This document shows, one piece after another, positions 42,556-52,300 of a stretch of 64,000 nt of DNA. Location of the stretch: contig CAVZYA010000001.1 of assembly GCA_963779415.1 (NCBI GenBank), forward strand, positions 192,001 through 256,000, written 5' to 3'. The position numbers and the translations under genes are program-made. Every line of letters starts with the position of its first letter. Position 1 is the first letter of the stretch. A model generated the notes under the pieces. The model did no database searches, had not been told where the DNA came from, and worked only from the letters and a program-made list of their open reading frames with translations. The DNA comes from an uncultured Acidobacteriota bacterium (GTDB lineage Bacteria > Acidobacteriota > Thermoanaerobaculia > UBA5066).

Positions 42556-42825
42556 ATGGAAACGAGTGACGACCTCAAGACGAGGGTGAAGGCCCTCATC
42601 GTCCGGCAGCTCAAGCTCGAAATCGACCCGGCCTCCATCGGGGACGACGCTCCGCTTTTCGGCGACGCCTCCGAGGGGCTCGGCCTCGACTCGATCGACG
42701 CCCTGGAGCTGGTCCTCGGCGTCGAGAAGGAATTCGGGATCAAGGTGCAGGACGAAGAGGTGGGGGTCAAGGCCTTCTCCTCCGTCGACGCTCTCTGTGA
42801 TTTCATCCGGAAGAAAGCGGCGTAA
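42556..42825 (+). CDS. Acyl carrier protein (aryl-polyene/flexirubin-like type)
   Basis: DAPLFG...GLGLDSIDALEL phosphopantetheine motif. Confidence 0.92.
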   Translation: METSDDLKTRVKALIVRQLKLEIDPASIGDDAPLFGDASEGLGLDSIDALELVLGVEKEFGIKVQDEEVGVKAFSSVDALCDFIRKKAA

Positions 42826-42844
42826 GAATCCGGGCGTCCGACCG

Positions 42845-43261
42845 ATGAGCTTCGAAACGCTTCCCCATGCGTATCCATTTCGCTTCGTGGACCGGACGGT
42901 TGACCGGACCGGCGAGGAGAGCGGATCCGTCCGGGCGGTCGTCTCGGCCGGAGGCCGGGCGGCCGCCTCGGGGAGGCTGTCGGCCGGGATCGTCGCGGAG
43001 CTGATGGCGCAGGCGGCGCTTCTGCTGTCGGGGACCGACGAGGACCTCGGCCGTACCGGCTTTCTCGCCGGCCTCTCCGACGTCAAGGTCGTTCGTCCGC
43101 CGGCGCCGGGAGATTCCCTGACGGTGAAGTTCTCGGTGGCCGGGCGGATGGGGGCGATCGTTAAGTTCGACGCGACGATCCGGAACGGAGGCGGCGAACT
43201 CGTCGCGACCGGTGCCGTGACGGTCCGCGAAGGACGTTCGGAAGGGGAGACGCCGCCGTGA
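42845..43261 (+). CDS. FabZ/FabA-like hotdog dehydratase
   Basis: LPHAYPFRFVD, ELMAQAA, PGDSL. Confidence 0.85.
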   Translation: MSFETLPHAYPFRFVDRTVDRTGEESGSVRAVVSAGGRAAASGRLSAGIVAELMAQAALLLSGTDEDLGRTGFLAGLSDVKVVRPPAPGDSLTVKFSVAGRMGAIVKFDATIRNGGGELVATGAVTVREGRSEGETPP

Positions 43262-44004
43262 CGGCGATCTATCCAGTCTCGAGCATTCTCTCCCAGCGCG
43301 AGAAGCGGGTGGCGCTGGCCGGCTCGGCCGACGGCCCGCTCAAGGGCGCGGCCGCCATCCTGAAGCGCGCGGGGTATCTGGTCGCCCATGCCGAAGATCC
43401 GGAGGGGCTTCTCGGCCTCGAGGCGGGAATCGCGCCGGACCTGCTCATCTTCGATTCGGCCTTCCCGCCGGACGGAGCCGTCCTCGCCGCACAACGGCTT
43501 CGGGCGCGATCGTACTGGCGATTCGTCTCGATGATGTTCACCGTTCCCGCCGGCTCCCCGAACCTCGAGAAGGTGCTCGACGCCGGAATCAACGACGTCC
43601 TCCTCCATCCCTTCCCGGCCGAAGAACTTCTTGCCAAGGCCCGGCGCCTGACCGTGATCCCGGCGCGCCGCGAGCTGAATACGGTGGCGCGCGTCCGCGA
43701 TCCTCGCGAGGGCCCGGTGCAGGCCGGCAAGACGCTCAACGTCTCGTCCAACGGGATCCTCGTCGAGACGGAATCGCCTCTCATCATCGGGCGAACCGTG
43801 GAGATCGAGTTCCTCCTCCCCGGTGACCCGGAGCCGGTCCGCTCGACGGCGAGGGTCATCCGCCGGACGACGGAGCTGGACCTCCTGCATCCTGCCTTCG
43901 GCGTCCGTTTCGTCGAAATGCCGGAGAAGGACCAGAAGCGGATCGAGACGTTCGTCCGGACCCGCGAGCGCGAGGGAGCGCTCCGGCCGACGGCGGCCGG
44001 TTGA
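43258..44004 (+). CDS. Degenerate receiver domain + PilZ domain protein
   Basis: PDLLIFD, AGINDVLLHPF; NVSSNG, FGVRF. Confidence 0.8.
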   Translation: MTAIYPVSSILSQREKRVALAGSADGPLKGAAAILKRAGYLVAHAEDPEGLLGLEAGIAPDLLIFDSAFPPDGAVLAAQRLRARSYWRFVSMMFTVPAGSPNLEKVLDAGINDVLLHPFPAEELLAKARRLTVIPARRELNTVARVRDPREGPVQAGKTLNVSSNGILVETESPLIIGRTVEIEFLLPGDPEPVRSTARVIRRTTELDLLHPAFGVRFVEMPEKDQKRIETFVRTREREGALRPTAAG

Positions 44005-44029
44005 CGGGCCTCACGGGCGCGCATATCCT
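44001..44029 (+). promoter_or_regulatory. Sigma70-type promoter of tRNA-Leu (TTGACG-N17-TATCCT)
   Basis: Read directly, 22 nt upstream of tRNA. Confidence 0.65.
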
Positions 44030-44051
44030 TCCGCCCCTCCCGGCCTCGACC

Positions 44052-44141
44052 GCGAAAGTGGCGGAACTGGCAGACGCGCAAGGCTCAGGACCTTGTGGCC
44101 CTTACCCGGCCGTGGGGGTTCGAGTCCCCCCTTTCGCACCA
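44052..44141 (+). tRNA. tRNA-Leu(CAG)
   Basis: GCGAAAG/CTTTCGC acceptor, CAAGG-CTCAGGA-CCTTG anticodon arm, long variable arm, GTTCGA, encoded CCA. Confidence 0.96.
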
Positions 44142-44146
44142 ATCCT

Positions 44147-46465
44147 ATGAGTTCGCCCCCTCTCACCGACCGGATCGTCGAGGCGCTCACGCCCCGCGGC
44201 TCCCGGATCCTCACGTTCTCCGACCTCGCGCGGAAGCTCCTCGGGCCCGAGCCCCCGGGGACCGACGTCGATCGCCTGCGCTCCTCCGTCGCGGAGATGG
44301 AGCGCGAAGGGCGCGTCGTCCGGGTGCGGGGCGAGAAGCTGACCCTCATCGAATACACGGATTTCGCGGCCGGCACGCTCGGGTTCCGCGGCGAGGGGCG
44401 GCCGGTCCTTCTCTCCGGAGAGAGGGGTTCGCCGGATCTCCCGATCCTGGGCGGCCATCTCGGGACAGCGCTCGACGGCGACACCGTACTCGTCCGGGTG
44501 GAGGGCCCGAAGGCGGCGAAGGGACGCCGGCTCGCCCCGCCGTTTGCGCGCGCCGGCGTCGTCGTGAAGGTGCTCGTCCGGCGCCGCGACACGGTCGTCG
44601 GAAAGATCGTGCGAGGTCCCGAGGGGACCTTCGTCGTCCCGTTCGACCGGAAGATCGACGCGCGGCTCCGCGTTCCGGACGGCAAGGACCTCGAGTCGCC
44701 CGACGGCATCTTCGTGGAGGCGCGGATCCTCGCCTGGCCGGACGACAAGCGGCTCGCCCTCGCCGAGGTGACGGAGCGGATCGGTTTCGAAGGGGAGGCC
44801 GGCGTCGACGTCGAGGTCGTGGCGCGGAAGTGGGGCCTCCCGCGGATCTACTCCGAGGCGTCGCTTCGCGAGGCCGAGGCGGCTTCGGGCGCCGTGGACC
44901 GAGCGGAGCGCGCCGCCCGCGCCGACTACACGGGGCGGACGATCGTCACGATCGACGGGGAGACGGCCCGCGACTTCGACGACGCCATCGAGGCCGAGGA
45001 GCTTCCCGGCGGAGGCTTCCGGATCGGCGTCCACATCGCCGACGTGTCGCACTACGTCCGCGTCGGAAGCGCCCTGGACGCCGAGGCGTTCGAGCGGGGG
45101 ACGTCGGTCTACTTTCCCGACCGCGCCCTCGCGATGCTCCCCGAGCGGCTCTCGAACGACCTCTGCTCGCTTCGGCCCGACGAGGAGCGGAGGACCGTCT
45201 CGGCGATCCTGACCCTCGACGCGGCGGGGGAGACCGTGAAGGCCGAGTTCTCGCGAAGCCTGATCCGGTCGAAGGCGCGGCTGACATACACCGAAGTCGG
45301 GGATTTCTTAGAAGGGGAAGAGGGGAAGCGGTCGGACGCACCACGATCGGCCCTGCGCGAACCTACAGCGCAGCAATCTTCACCTTCTAAGAAGATCTTC
45401 TCTCCAGACGTCTGTCAGATGCTCCGCGTCGCGCAGAAGGCGGCTCGTCTGATCCGCGAGAAGCGGGAGAAGCGGGGGTCGCTCGACTTCGACCTTCCGG
45501 ACGCCGACGTCATCCTCGGGGAGACGGGGGACGTCGTCGCGATCACGAAGGCGGTCCGGAACGAGGCGCACCGGCTGATCGAGGAGTTCATGATCGCGGC
45601 GAACGAGGCCGTGGCGAAGCACCTCGTCTTCGTTCCGACCCCGGCCCCGTACCGGGTCCACGACCGGCCGGACGAGAGCCGCCTCGTCGACCTCCGTGCC
45701 GTCCTCGGGCCGCTCGGCTACGACATCCCGGAGGACGAAGGCGAGGTGACCCCCGGCATCTTCCAGGCGATCCTCGAGCAGGCCGAAGGAAAGCCCGAGG
45801 AGCGCTTCGTGTCGGACCTCGTCCTTCGCGCGCAGCGAAAGGCGGTCTACTCCGAGGAATGCCGCGGTCACTATGCCCTCGCGGCGACGTATTACACGCA
45901 CTTCACGTCGCCCATCCGCCGTTATCCGGACCTCCTCGTCCACCGCGCCCTCGTGGAATGGCTGGAGACCCGACGGGCGCCCGAGGGGGAGGAGGCCGAG
46001 GGAAGGACGCGATGGCTGAAGAGAGCTTCCGTCCACGCGTCCGAGCGCGAGCGCCGGGCCGAGTCGGCCGAGCGGGAAGCGGTCGCCTGGAAGAAGTTCG
46101 TCTACCTGAAGGACCGGGTCGGAGAGGAGTTCGACGCGTGGGTGACCGCCGTCGTCGGCTTCGGTCTCTTCGTGACGCTCGACACGGTCTTCGTGGACGG
46201 CCTCGTCCCGATCAGCTCGCTCGAGGACGACTTCTACCGGTACGACGACGTCGGGCACCAGCTCGTCGGCGCCCAGTTCGGCCGGGTCTATCGCCTCGGG
46301 GACCGGCTGCGCGTGAAGCTGACTCGTGCCGACTCCGAACGTCGGGCTCTCGACTTCCGCCCCGTGGGGGAGTCGGCCGGACGCCCTCGGCGGAGCGGCG
46401 TTGCGGCGCCTCAGCGGCGGCCGCCCCGGCGGACGGGGCGCGGCGGGAGGGGCCCGCGGCGATGA
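44147..46465 (+). CDS. rnr: Ribonuclease R
   Basis: TIDGETARDFDDA, HIADVSHYV, THFTSPIRRYPDL, S1 domain, basic tail. Confidence 0.95.
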   Translation: MSSPPLTDRIVEALTPRGSRILTFSDLARKLLGPEPPGTDVDRLRSSVAEMEREGRVVRVRGEKLTLIEYTDFAAGTLGFRGEGRPVLLSGERGSPDLPILGGHLGTALDGDTVLVRVEGPKAAKGRRLAPPFARAGVVVKVLVRRRDTVVGKIVRGPEGTFVVPFDRKIDARLRVPDGKDLESPDGIFVEARILAWPDDKRLALAEVTERIGFEGEAGVDVEVVARKWGLPRIYSEASLREAEAASGAVDRAERAARADYTGRTIVTIDGETARDFDDAIEAEELPGGGFRIGVHIADVSHYVRVGSALDAEAFERGTSVYFPDRALAMLPERLSNDLCSLRPDEERRTVSAILTLDAAGETVKAEFSRSLIRSKARLTYTEVGDFLEGEEGKRSDAPRSALREPTAQQSSPSKKIFSPDVCQMLRVAQKAARLIREKREKRGSLDFDLPDADVILGETGDVVAITKAVRNEAHRLIEEFMIAANEAVAKHLVFVPTPAPYRVHDRPDESRLVDLRAVLGPLGYDIPEDEGEVTPGIFQAILEQAEGKPEERFVSDLVLRAQRKAVYSEECRGHYALAATYYTHFTSPIRRYPDLLVHRALVEWLETRRAPEGEEAEGRTRWLKRASVHASERERRAESAEREAVAWKKFVYLKDRVGEEFDAWVTAVVGFGLFVTLDTVFVDGLVPISSLEDDFYRYDDVGHQLVGAQFGRVYRLGDRLRVKLTRADSERRALDFRPVGESAGRPRRSGVAAPQRRPPRRTGRGGRGPRR
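45302..45400. repeat. Intragenic inverted-repeat pair inside rnr
   Basis: TTCTTAGAAGGGGAAGA (45305-45321) versus TCTTCACCTTCTAAGAA (45377-45393): 16/17 complementary. Confidence 0.8.
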
Positions 46466-47802
46466 CCGAAACCGGCGCGGGACCTTTCCGGCCGCTGCGT
46501 GTCGTCCTCGTGGGCCGGCCGAACGTCGGAAAGAGCGCGCTCTTCAATCGCCTCGCGGGGATGCGCCGGGCGCTCGTTCACGACCGCCCGGGGATGACGC
46601 GCGACGCGCTGGAGGGCCCCGCGAAAACCTCGGGAGACCGCCCGTACGTCGTCGTCGACACGGGAGGGCTCGACCTCGACGCCGCGGGTGGCTTCGCCGC
46701 CTGGACGAGCGAGCGGGCCCTCGCGACCGTTGCCGATGCCGACCTGATTCTCCTCGTCCTCGACGGAGCCGCCGGGCTTCTTCCCGAGGACCGAAGGGTC
46801 GCGGCGCGTCTTCGGATGCTCGGAAAGCCCGTCGTCGCCGTCTGGAACAAGGTCGACACGCGCGCCGCTTCCGAAGCGGCTTCCGAGGCGTACGAGCTGG
46901 GATTCCCGGAGGTCGTCGCCGTCTCGGCGCTTCACGGCACCGGACAGGACGAGCTGGACGCCCTGATCGAGAAGCGCCTTCCGGCGGAGCTTCTCGGGGA
47001 GTCGCACGCCGAGCCGCTCCCGGTCGCGGTGGTCGGCCGCCCGAACGTCGGGAAGTCGTCGCTCGTGAACGCCCTCGTCGGCGCGGATCGTGTGATGGTC
47101 TCCGAGATCGCCGGAACGACACGGGATTCGATCGACGTCGTCCTGACGAAGGGCGGGCGGAGCTACCTTCTGGTCGACACGGCGGGGATGCGGCGGAAGG
47201 GGAAGACGACCGACTCGGCCGAGAAGCTCTCCGTCGTCGCCGCCCGGAAATCGATGGAGCGGGCGCGGGTGGCCGTCATCGTCTTCGACGCTTCGGAGGG
47301 GATCACGGCGCAGGACGCGCACATCGCCGGTTACGCCGAGGAGGCGGGGCGCGCTCTCGTCCTCGTCGCGAACAAGTGGGACCTCATCGAGAGGGACCGC
47401 GAAAAGGTAAAGAACCTCCGGGACGAGGTGAAGCGGCGCTTCGTCTTCACGAGGACGAGCCTCTTCCTCCCGATCTCGGCTTTGACGGGGCGCGGCGTCG
47501 GAAAGGTCCTGCCCGAGGTCGACGCCGTCGTCGGGCGGTTCGCGACGAAGATGTCGACCGGCGAGCTGAACCGGATCCTCCGCCGGGCCTTCGACCGGCA
47601 GGCTCCGACCGGGCGCTCCGGGCGCGAGCTGAAGATCCGCTACGCCGTGCAGGTCCGGAGCGGGCCCCCTCTCGTCCGGCTCTTCGCCGACCGGTCCGAG
47701 CTGCTTCATTTCTCCTTCGAGCGGTACCTCCAGAACCGTCTTCGCGAGGCTTTTCCCCTGGACGGCGTGCCTGTCCGATTCGAGGTCCAGAAGAGCGATT
47801 GA
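46462..47802 (+). CDS. der: Ribosome biogenesis GTPase Der (EngA)
   Basis: Two GRPNVGKS P-loops, DTGG/DTAG, NKxD, KH-like C-terminus. Confidence 0.97.
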   Translation: MTETGAGPFRPLRVVLVGRPNVGKSALFNRLAGMRRALVHDRPGMTRDALEGPAKTSGDRPYVVVDTGGLDLDAAGGFAAWTSERALATVADADLILLVLDGAAGLLPEDRRVAARLRMLGKPVVAVWNKVDTRAASEAASEAYELGFPEVVAVSALHGTGQDELDALIEKRLPAELLGESHAEPLPVAVVGRPNVGKSSLVNALVGADRVMVSEIAGTTRDSIDVVLTKGGRSYLLVDTAGMRRKGKTTDSAEKLSVVAARKSMERARVAVIVFDASEGITAQDAHIAGYAEEAGRALVLVANKWDLIERDREKVKNLRDEVKRRFVFTRTSLFLPISALTGRGVGKVLPEVDAVVGRFATKMSTGELNRILRRAFDRQAPTGRSGRELKIRYAVQVRSGPPLVRLFADRSELLHFSFERYLQNRLREAFPLDGVPVRFEVQKSD

Positions 47803-47849
47803 GCCTCTGTGCCAGGCCGCTCTCGTGTCAGAATGAAGCGGCAGACCCG

Positions 47850-48386
47850 ATGGCCGAGGCACAGAACCCGAACCTTCCCGCGGCGGCTCCACTCGGGGCC
47901 GAGACGCGATACAAGATCGGCGACGTCTGCCGGATCGCCGACGTACAGCCGTACGTCCTTCGGTACTGGGAATCCGAGTTTCCTTCCCTCGCCCCGGACC
48001 GGAACGTCCCCGGCCCCCGCACCTACTCGGCGCGGGAGCTTCGAACCATCGAACAGATCAAGCGGCTTCTCTACGACGAGGGATACACGATCGCGGGGGC
48101 GAAGAAGAGACTCGAGACCGAGGCCGGCGGACGCCCCCCGGCCATGGAGCCCGAGTCCAGGCCTCTCCCGCCCGCGCCGCGCCCTCGCGAGAAGGCGTCT
48201 GGCGAGACCAAGCCCCCGACGAAGCGGTCGGCGGCGGAGACGCCGCTTCCTCTGGTCGAGATGGAGCCGCCTGCGGCGATCGAGCCGGTCGCGGCGGCAG
48301 CCGTTTCGCCGCCTTCCGATCCACGCCTCCCGGCCGCCGTGGCCGAGCTGAAGGAGCTGCTGAAGACTCTCTCGCGGAAGCTCTGA
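47850..48386 (+). CDS. MerR-like HTH regulator (family usually found after ihfA) with Pro-rich tail
   Basis: YKIGDV, VLRYWESEFP, LLYDEGYTIAGAKK. Confidence 0.9.
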   Translation: MAEAQNPNLPAAAPLGAETRYKIGDVCRIADVQPYVLRYWESEFPSLAPDRNVPGPRTYSARELRTIEQIKRLLYDEGYTIAGAKKRLETEAGGRPPAMEPESRPLPPAPRPREKASGETKPPTKRSAAETPLPLVEMEPPAAIEPVAAAAVSPPSDPRLPAAVAELKELLKTLSRKL

Positions 48387-48416
48387 CGCCCGGTCGCCGC
48401 TGTTAGCATTCCCGCA

Positions 48417-49286
48417 ATGAGTCCCGAAAACGGGGCAGGGTCCGTCCGCTCGCTCGTGCGGAGGCGTGACGGCTCCGTCGAGTCGTTCGGCGAGGACGCG
48501 CTCGTCGTCGAGGAGCCGCTCGAGATCCGTGTGCGCGAAGGTTCGTCGGAGCCGGTCCGGTTGCTCGTCACCATGCGAACTCCCGGCCACGACGAGGATC
48601 TCGCGGCGGGACTTCTCTTCAGCGAGGGGATCGTCGAGTCACCCGGCGAGCTTCACGGATTTTCCCGCCCGGACAACCCTTCCATGGCGCCCGAGCTGGT
48701 CCGGAACGTGATCGTCGTGACGATTGCGCCGCTCGACCGCGGACGGTCCATGGCCGTTCGGCACGCCGGATTCGTCTCGTCCGCATGCGGCGTCTGCGGA
48801 GACCTTTCGATCGGCGAGGTCGCGCTGCGGGCGGCCGCGGCACGGCACCGCGCGGGGGAAGGCGAGCGCGCCGGGCCGGTCGTCTCCGCTCCGCTACTCC
48901 TGGCTCTCCCCGACTCCCTTCGGCGGGAGCAGGCGCTCTTCCGCTCCACGGGGGGCCTGCACGCGGCCGGACTCTTCGGAGAGGACGGAGCCCCCGCGGT
49001 CATCCGTGAGGACGTGGGCCGGCACAACGCGACGGACAAGGCCATCGGCTCCTGCCTTCGGGAGCGGCGTCCCGTCCCGCCTATCCTCCTCGTCTCGGGG
49101 CGGCTCGGCTTCGAGATCGCCCAGAAGGCGGCGCTCGCGGGGGTACGGATTCTCTGCTCCGTCTCGGCGCCGACGAGCCTGGCCGTACAGCTCGCGGAGG
49201 AGACGGGGATGACGGTGGTGGGGTTCCTCCGGGGAGAGCGTTTCAATGTTTACGCGCACCCGGCGCGTGTCTCACAAGCCGTTTGA
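48417..49286 (+). CDS. fdhD: Formate dehydrogenase sulfurtransferase FdhD
   Basis: TMRTPG, SACGVCG, TGGLHAA, EDVGRHNA. Confidence 0.95.
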   Translation: MSPENGAGSVRSLVRRRDGSVESFGEDALVVEEPLEIRVREGSSEPVRLLVTMRTPGHDEDLAAGLLFSEGIVESPGELHGFSRPDNPSMAPELVRNVIVVTIAPLDRGRSMAVRHAGFVSSACGVCGDLSIGEVALRAAAARHRAGEGERAGPVVSAPLLLALPDSLRREQALFRSTGGLHAAGLFGEDGAPAVIREDVGRHNATDKAIGSCLRERRPVPPILLVSGRLGFEIAQKAALAGVRILCSVSAPTSLAVQLAEETGMTVVGFLRGERFNVYAHPARVSQAV

Positions 49287-49378
49287 TTGATAATGGCTCT
49301 CGTTTCTGCTGCGCGTTAATCCGTGATGGGTGATACCGTTTCTGCACGGGGATTCCGGCACGGAACAGGAGGTCGGCC

Positions 49379-52300
49379 ATGCGGCTGTCTCGCAGAGGAT
49401 TCCTGAAGGCCGGAGCGGTGGGCGGCGGCGTCGCTCTCGGCTTCGACCTCTCCGAGGCCCATGCCGAGATGCGCGAGTTCAAGATCTCGCGCACCACGGA
49501 GACGCGCAGTACCTGCCCCTACTGCGCAGTTTCCTGCGGCTTGATCATCCATACGCTGGGCGACAGGGCCAAGAACGCCACGGCCTCCGTCGTCCACGTC
49601 GAGGGCGATCCCGACCATCCGATCAACCGGGGCACGCTCTGTCCGAAGGGAACGACGGTCAAGGACGACATCAACAGCCCGAACCGGCTGCTGAAGCCTC
49701 GGGTGCGGAAGCCGGGCTCCGACACGTGGGAAGACATCTCCTGGGACGAGGCGATCGGCAGGATCGCGCGGCACATCAAGGAGACGCGCGACCGGTGTTT
49801 CGTCGCCAGGAACGCCAAGGGCCAGGTCGTCAACCGGAATCCCGGGATGGCGATGATCGGCGGATGCACGGACACGACGGAGTTCAATTTCCTCTACTGG
49901 AAGGCGGCCTCGGCCTGGGGCGTTCCGTACCGGGACACACAAGCCCGGGTTTGACATGGGCCCACGGTGGCCAGTCTGGCCGCCACGTTCGGGCGAGGGG
50001 CGATGACGAACGGATGGGTCGACATCAAGAATGCCGACGTCGTCTTCATCATGGGAGGGAACCCCGCCGAGAACCACCCCTGCGGCTTCAAGTGGGCCAT
50101 CGAGGCCAAGAAGACCCGTGACGCGAAGATCGTCGTCGTGGATCCCCGTTTCACACGGACGGCGGCGGTCGCCGACCTCTACTCTCCGATCCGCGTCGGA
50201 ACCGACATCGCCTATCTCCTCGGGATCATCCGGTATGCGATCGACCAGAAGCGGTTCCACGAAGAGTACGTCAAGATCCACACGAACGCGCCCTATCTCG
50301 TCGGGGAGAAATTTGCCTTCGAGGACGGCCTCTTCGCGGGATTCGACGAAACCAAGCACGCCTACGAGAAGTCCGCCTGGGGGTACGAGGCGGACCCGAA
50401 GACGAAGAGCTATTCCCTGGATCCGACGCTTCAGGACCCCCGGTGTGTCTTCCAGCTGCTGAAAAGGCACGTCGATCGCTACACGCCGGAGATGGTCGAG
50501 AAGATCTGCGGCACGCCGAAGGAGACATTCCTCAAGGTCGCCGAGGCCGTGACCTCCACCGGAAACGCCCGGAGGGTCGGCACGATCCTCTACGCGCTGG
50601 GATGGACGCAGCATTCCGTCGGGGTCCAGATGATTCGCGCGGCGGCCATGCTTCAGCTTCTCCTCGGGAACGTCGGGCGCCCGGGAGGCGGCGTCAACGC
50701 GCTGAGAGGCCACTCGAACATCCAGGGGGCGACCGACACGGCGGGCGTCTTCGACATCCTGCCGGGATACCTCAAGACTCCGCCTGCCGACGCGCAGACG
50801 TTGAAGGACTACCTCGAGGCCGCGACCCCGACCACGCTCGGCAAGCAGGCGTGGCCGAGCATGAACTACTGGCAGAACTACCCGAAGTTCATGGTCTCTC
50901 TCCTGAAGGGGCTCTACGCCAAGGCGGCCACCCGGGAGAACGAGTTCGGCTACGGCTGGCTCCCGAAAGTCGACGGGAACTACTCGTGGATGACCATCTT
51001 CGACGACATGTACCGCGGGAGCTCGATCCGCGCCGGCGGAGCGGAGCCCGGCCCCGAAGGCCTCATGACGTTCGGAATGAACCCGGTCGGCATCGGGCCG
51101 AACGTCCGGAAGATGATCGGAGCCCAATCCAGGCTCAAGTGGCTCGTCGTCGTCGAGAACCACGAGGTCGAGACCTCCACGTTCTGGAAGGCCCCGAACG
51201 AGTACGGCGGCGCGGACCCGTCCAAGATCCAGACCGAGGTCTTCCTCCTCCCCGCGAGCAACTTCGCGGAAAAGGACGGTTCTTTCACGAACTCGGCCCG
51301 CTGGATCCAGTGGAAGTGGAAGGCCCTCGATCCTCCCGGGCAGGCCAGGATGGACCACGAGATCCTGGCGAGGATCTTTCTCGCGGTCCGCGATCTCTAC
51401 CGCAAGGAAGACGGCGTCTTCCCCGAAGCGATCGTGAACGTCTCGTGGAGCTACACGAACCCGGCCGTGCCCGACCTCTCGGAGGTCCTCAAGGAGCTGA
51501 ACGGTAAGGCGCTCGAAGACATCCACGACCCGAAGGACAAGACCAGGATTCTCAAGGCCGAAGGTCAGCAGCTCGACGGATTCGTCCAGCTCCAGGACGA
51601 CGGCTCCACCATGTGCGGCAACTGGCTGATGTCGGGCGTCTACACCGAGGCGGGGAACATGGCGCAACGCCGGAGCCCGGTGGACGACCCGAGCGGCCTC
51701 GGCATGTACCACAACTGGAGCTTCTCCTGGCCCGCGAACCGCCGCGTCATGTACAACCGGGCGTCCGCGGACGAGAACGGCAATCCGTGGGATCCGACGC
51801 GCGTCGGGATCAAATGGAACGGCGAGAAATGGGTCGGAGACGTTCCCGACATGAAGCCGGACGCGCCCCCGGGAACCTTCGGCGCCTTCATCATGCTTCC
51901 CGAGGGGGTCGGCCGGCTCTACGCGGCCGTCCTGAACGACGGTCCGTTCCCCGAGCACTACGAGGCGGTCGAGTCGGCCTGCGACAACGTCCTGCACCCG
52001 AGGGTCACGTCGAACCCGGTCGTCACGAGGTTCCATTCGGACCTGGACATCTACGGCACGCGCGAGAAGTTCCCCATCGTGTGCACGACCTACCGGCTCA
52101 CCGAGATGTACCACTACTGGACGCAGCACCTGCCGCGGCTGAACATGCTCCAGCCCGGACAATTCATCGAGATCCCCGAGGAGCTCGCCAGGGAAAAGGG
52201 GATCCCGAACGGCAGCCGGGTGAAGGTCACCTCGGCTCGCGGGTCGCTCGAGGGCGTGGCGATGGTGACGAAACGTCTGAAGCCCACTCGGGTGGACGGA

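Noticed and set aside
49952-49954. Nonsense mutation splitting fdnG
   Set aside because: Position and SECIS hairpin indicate selenocysteine
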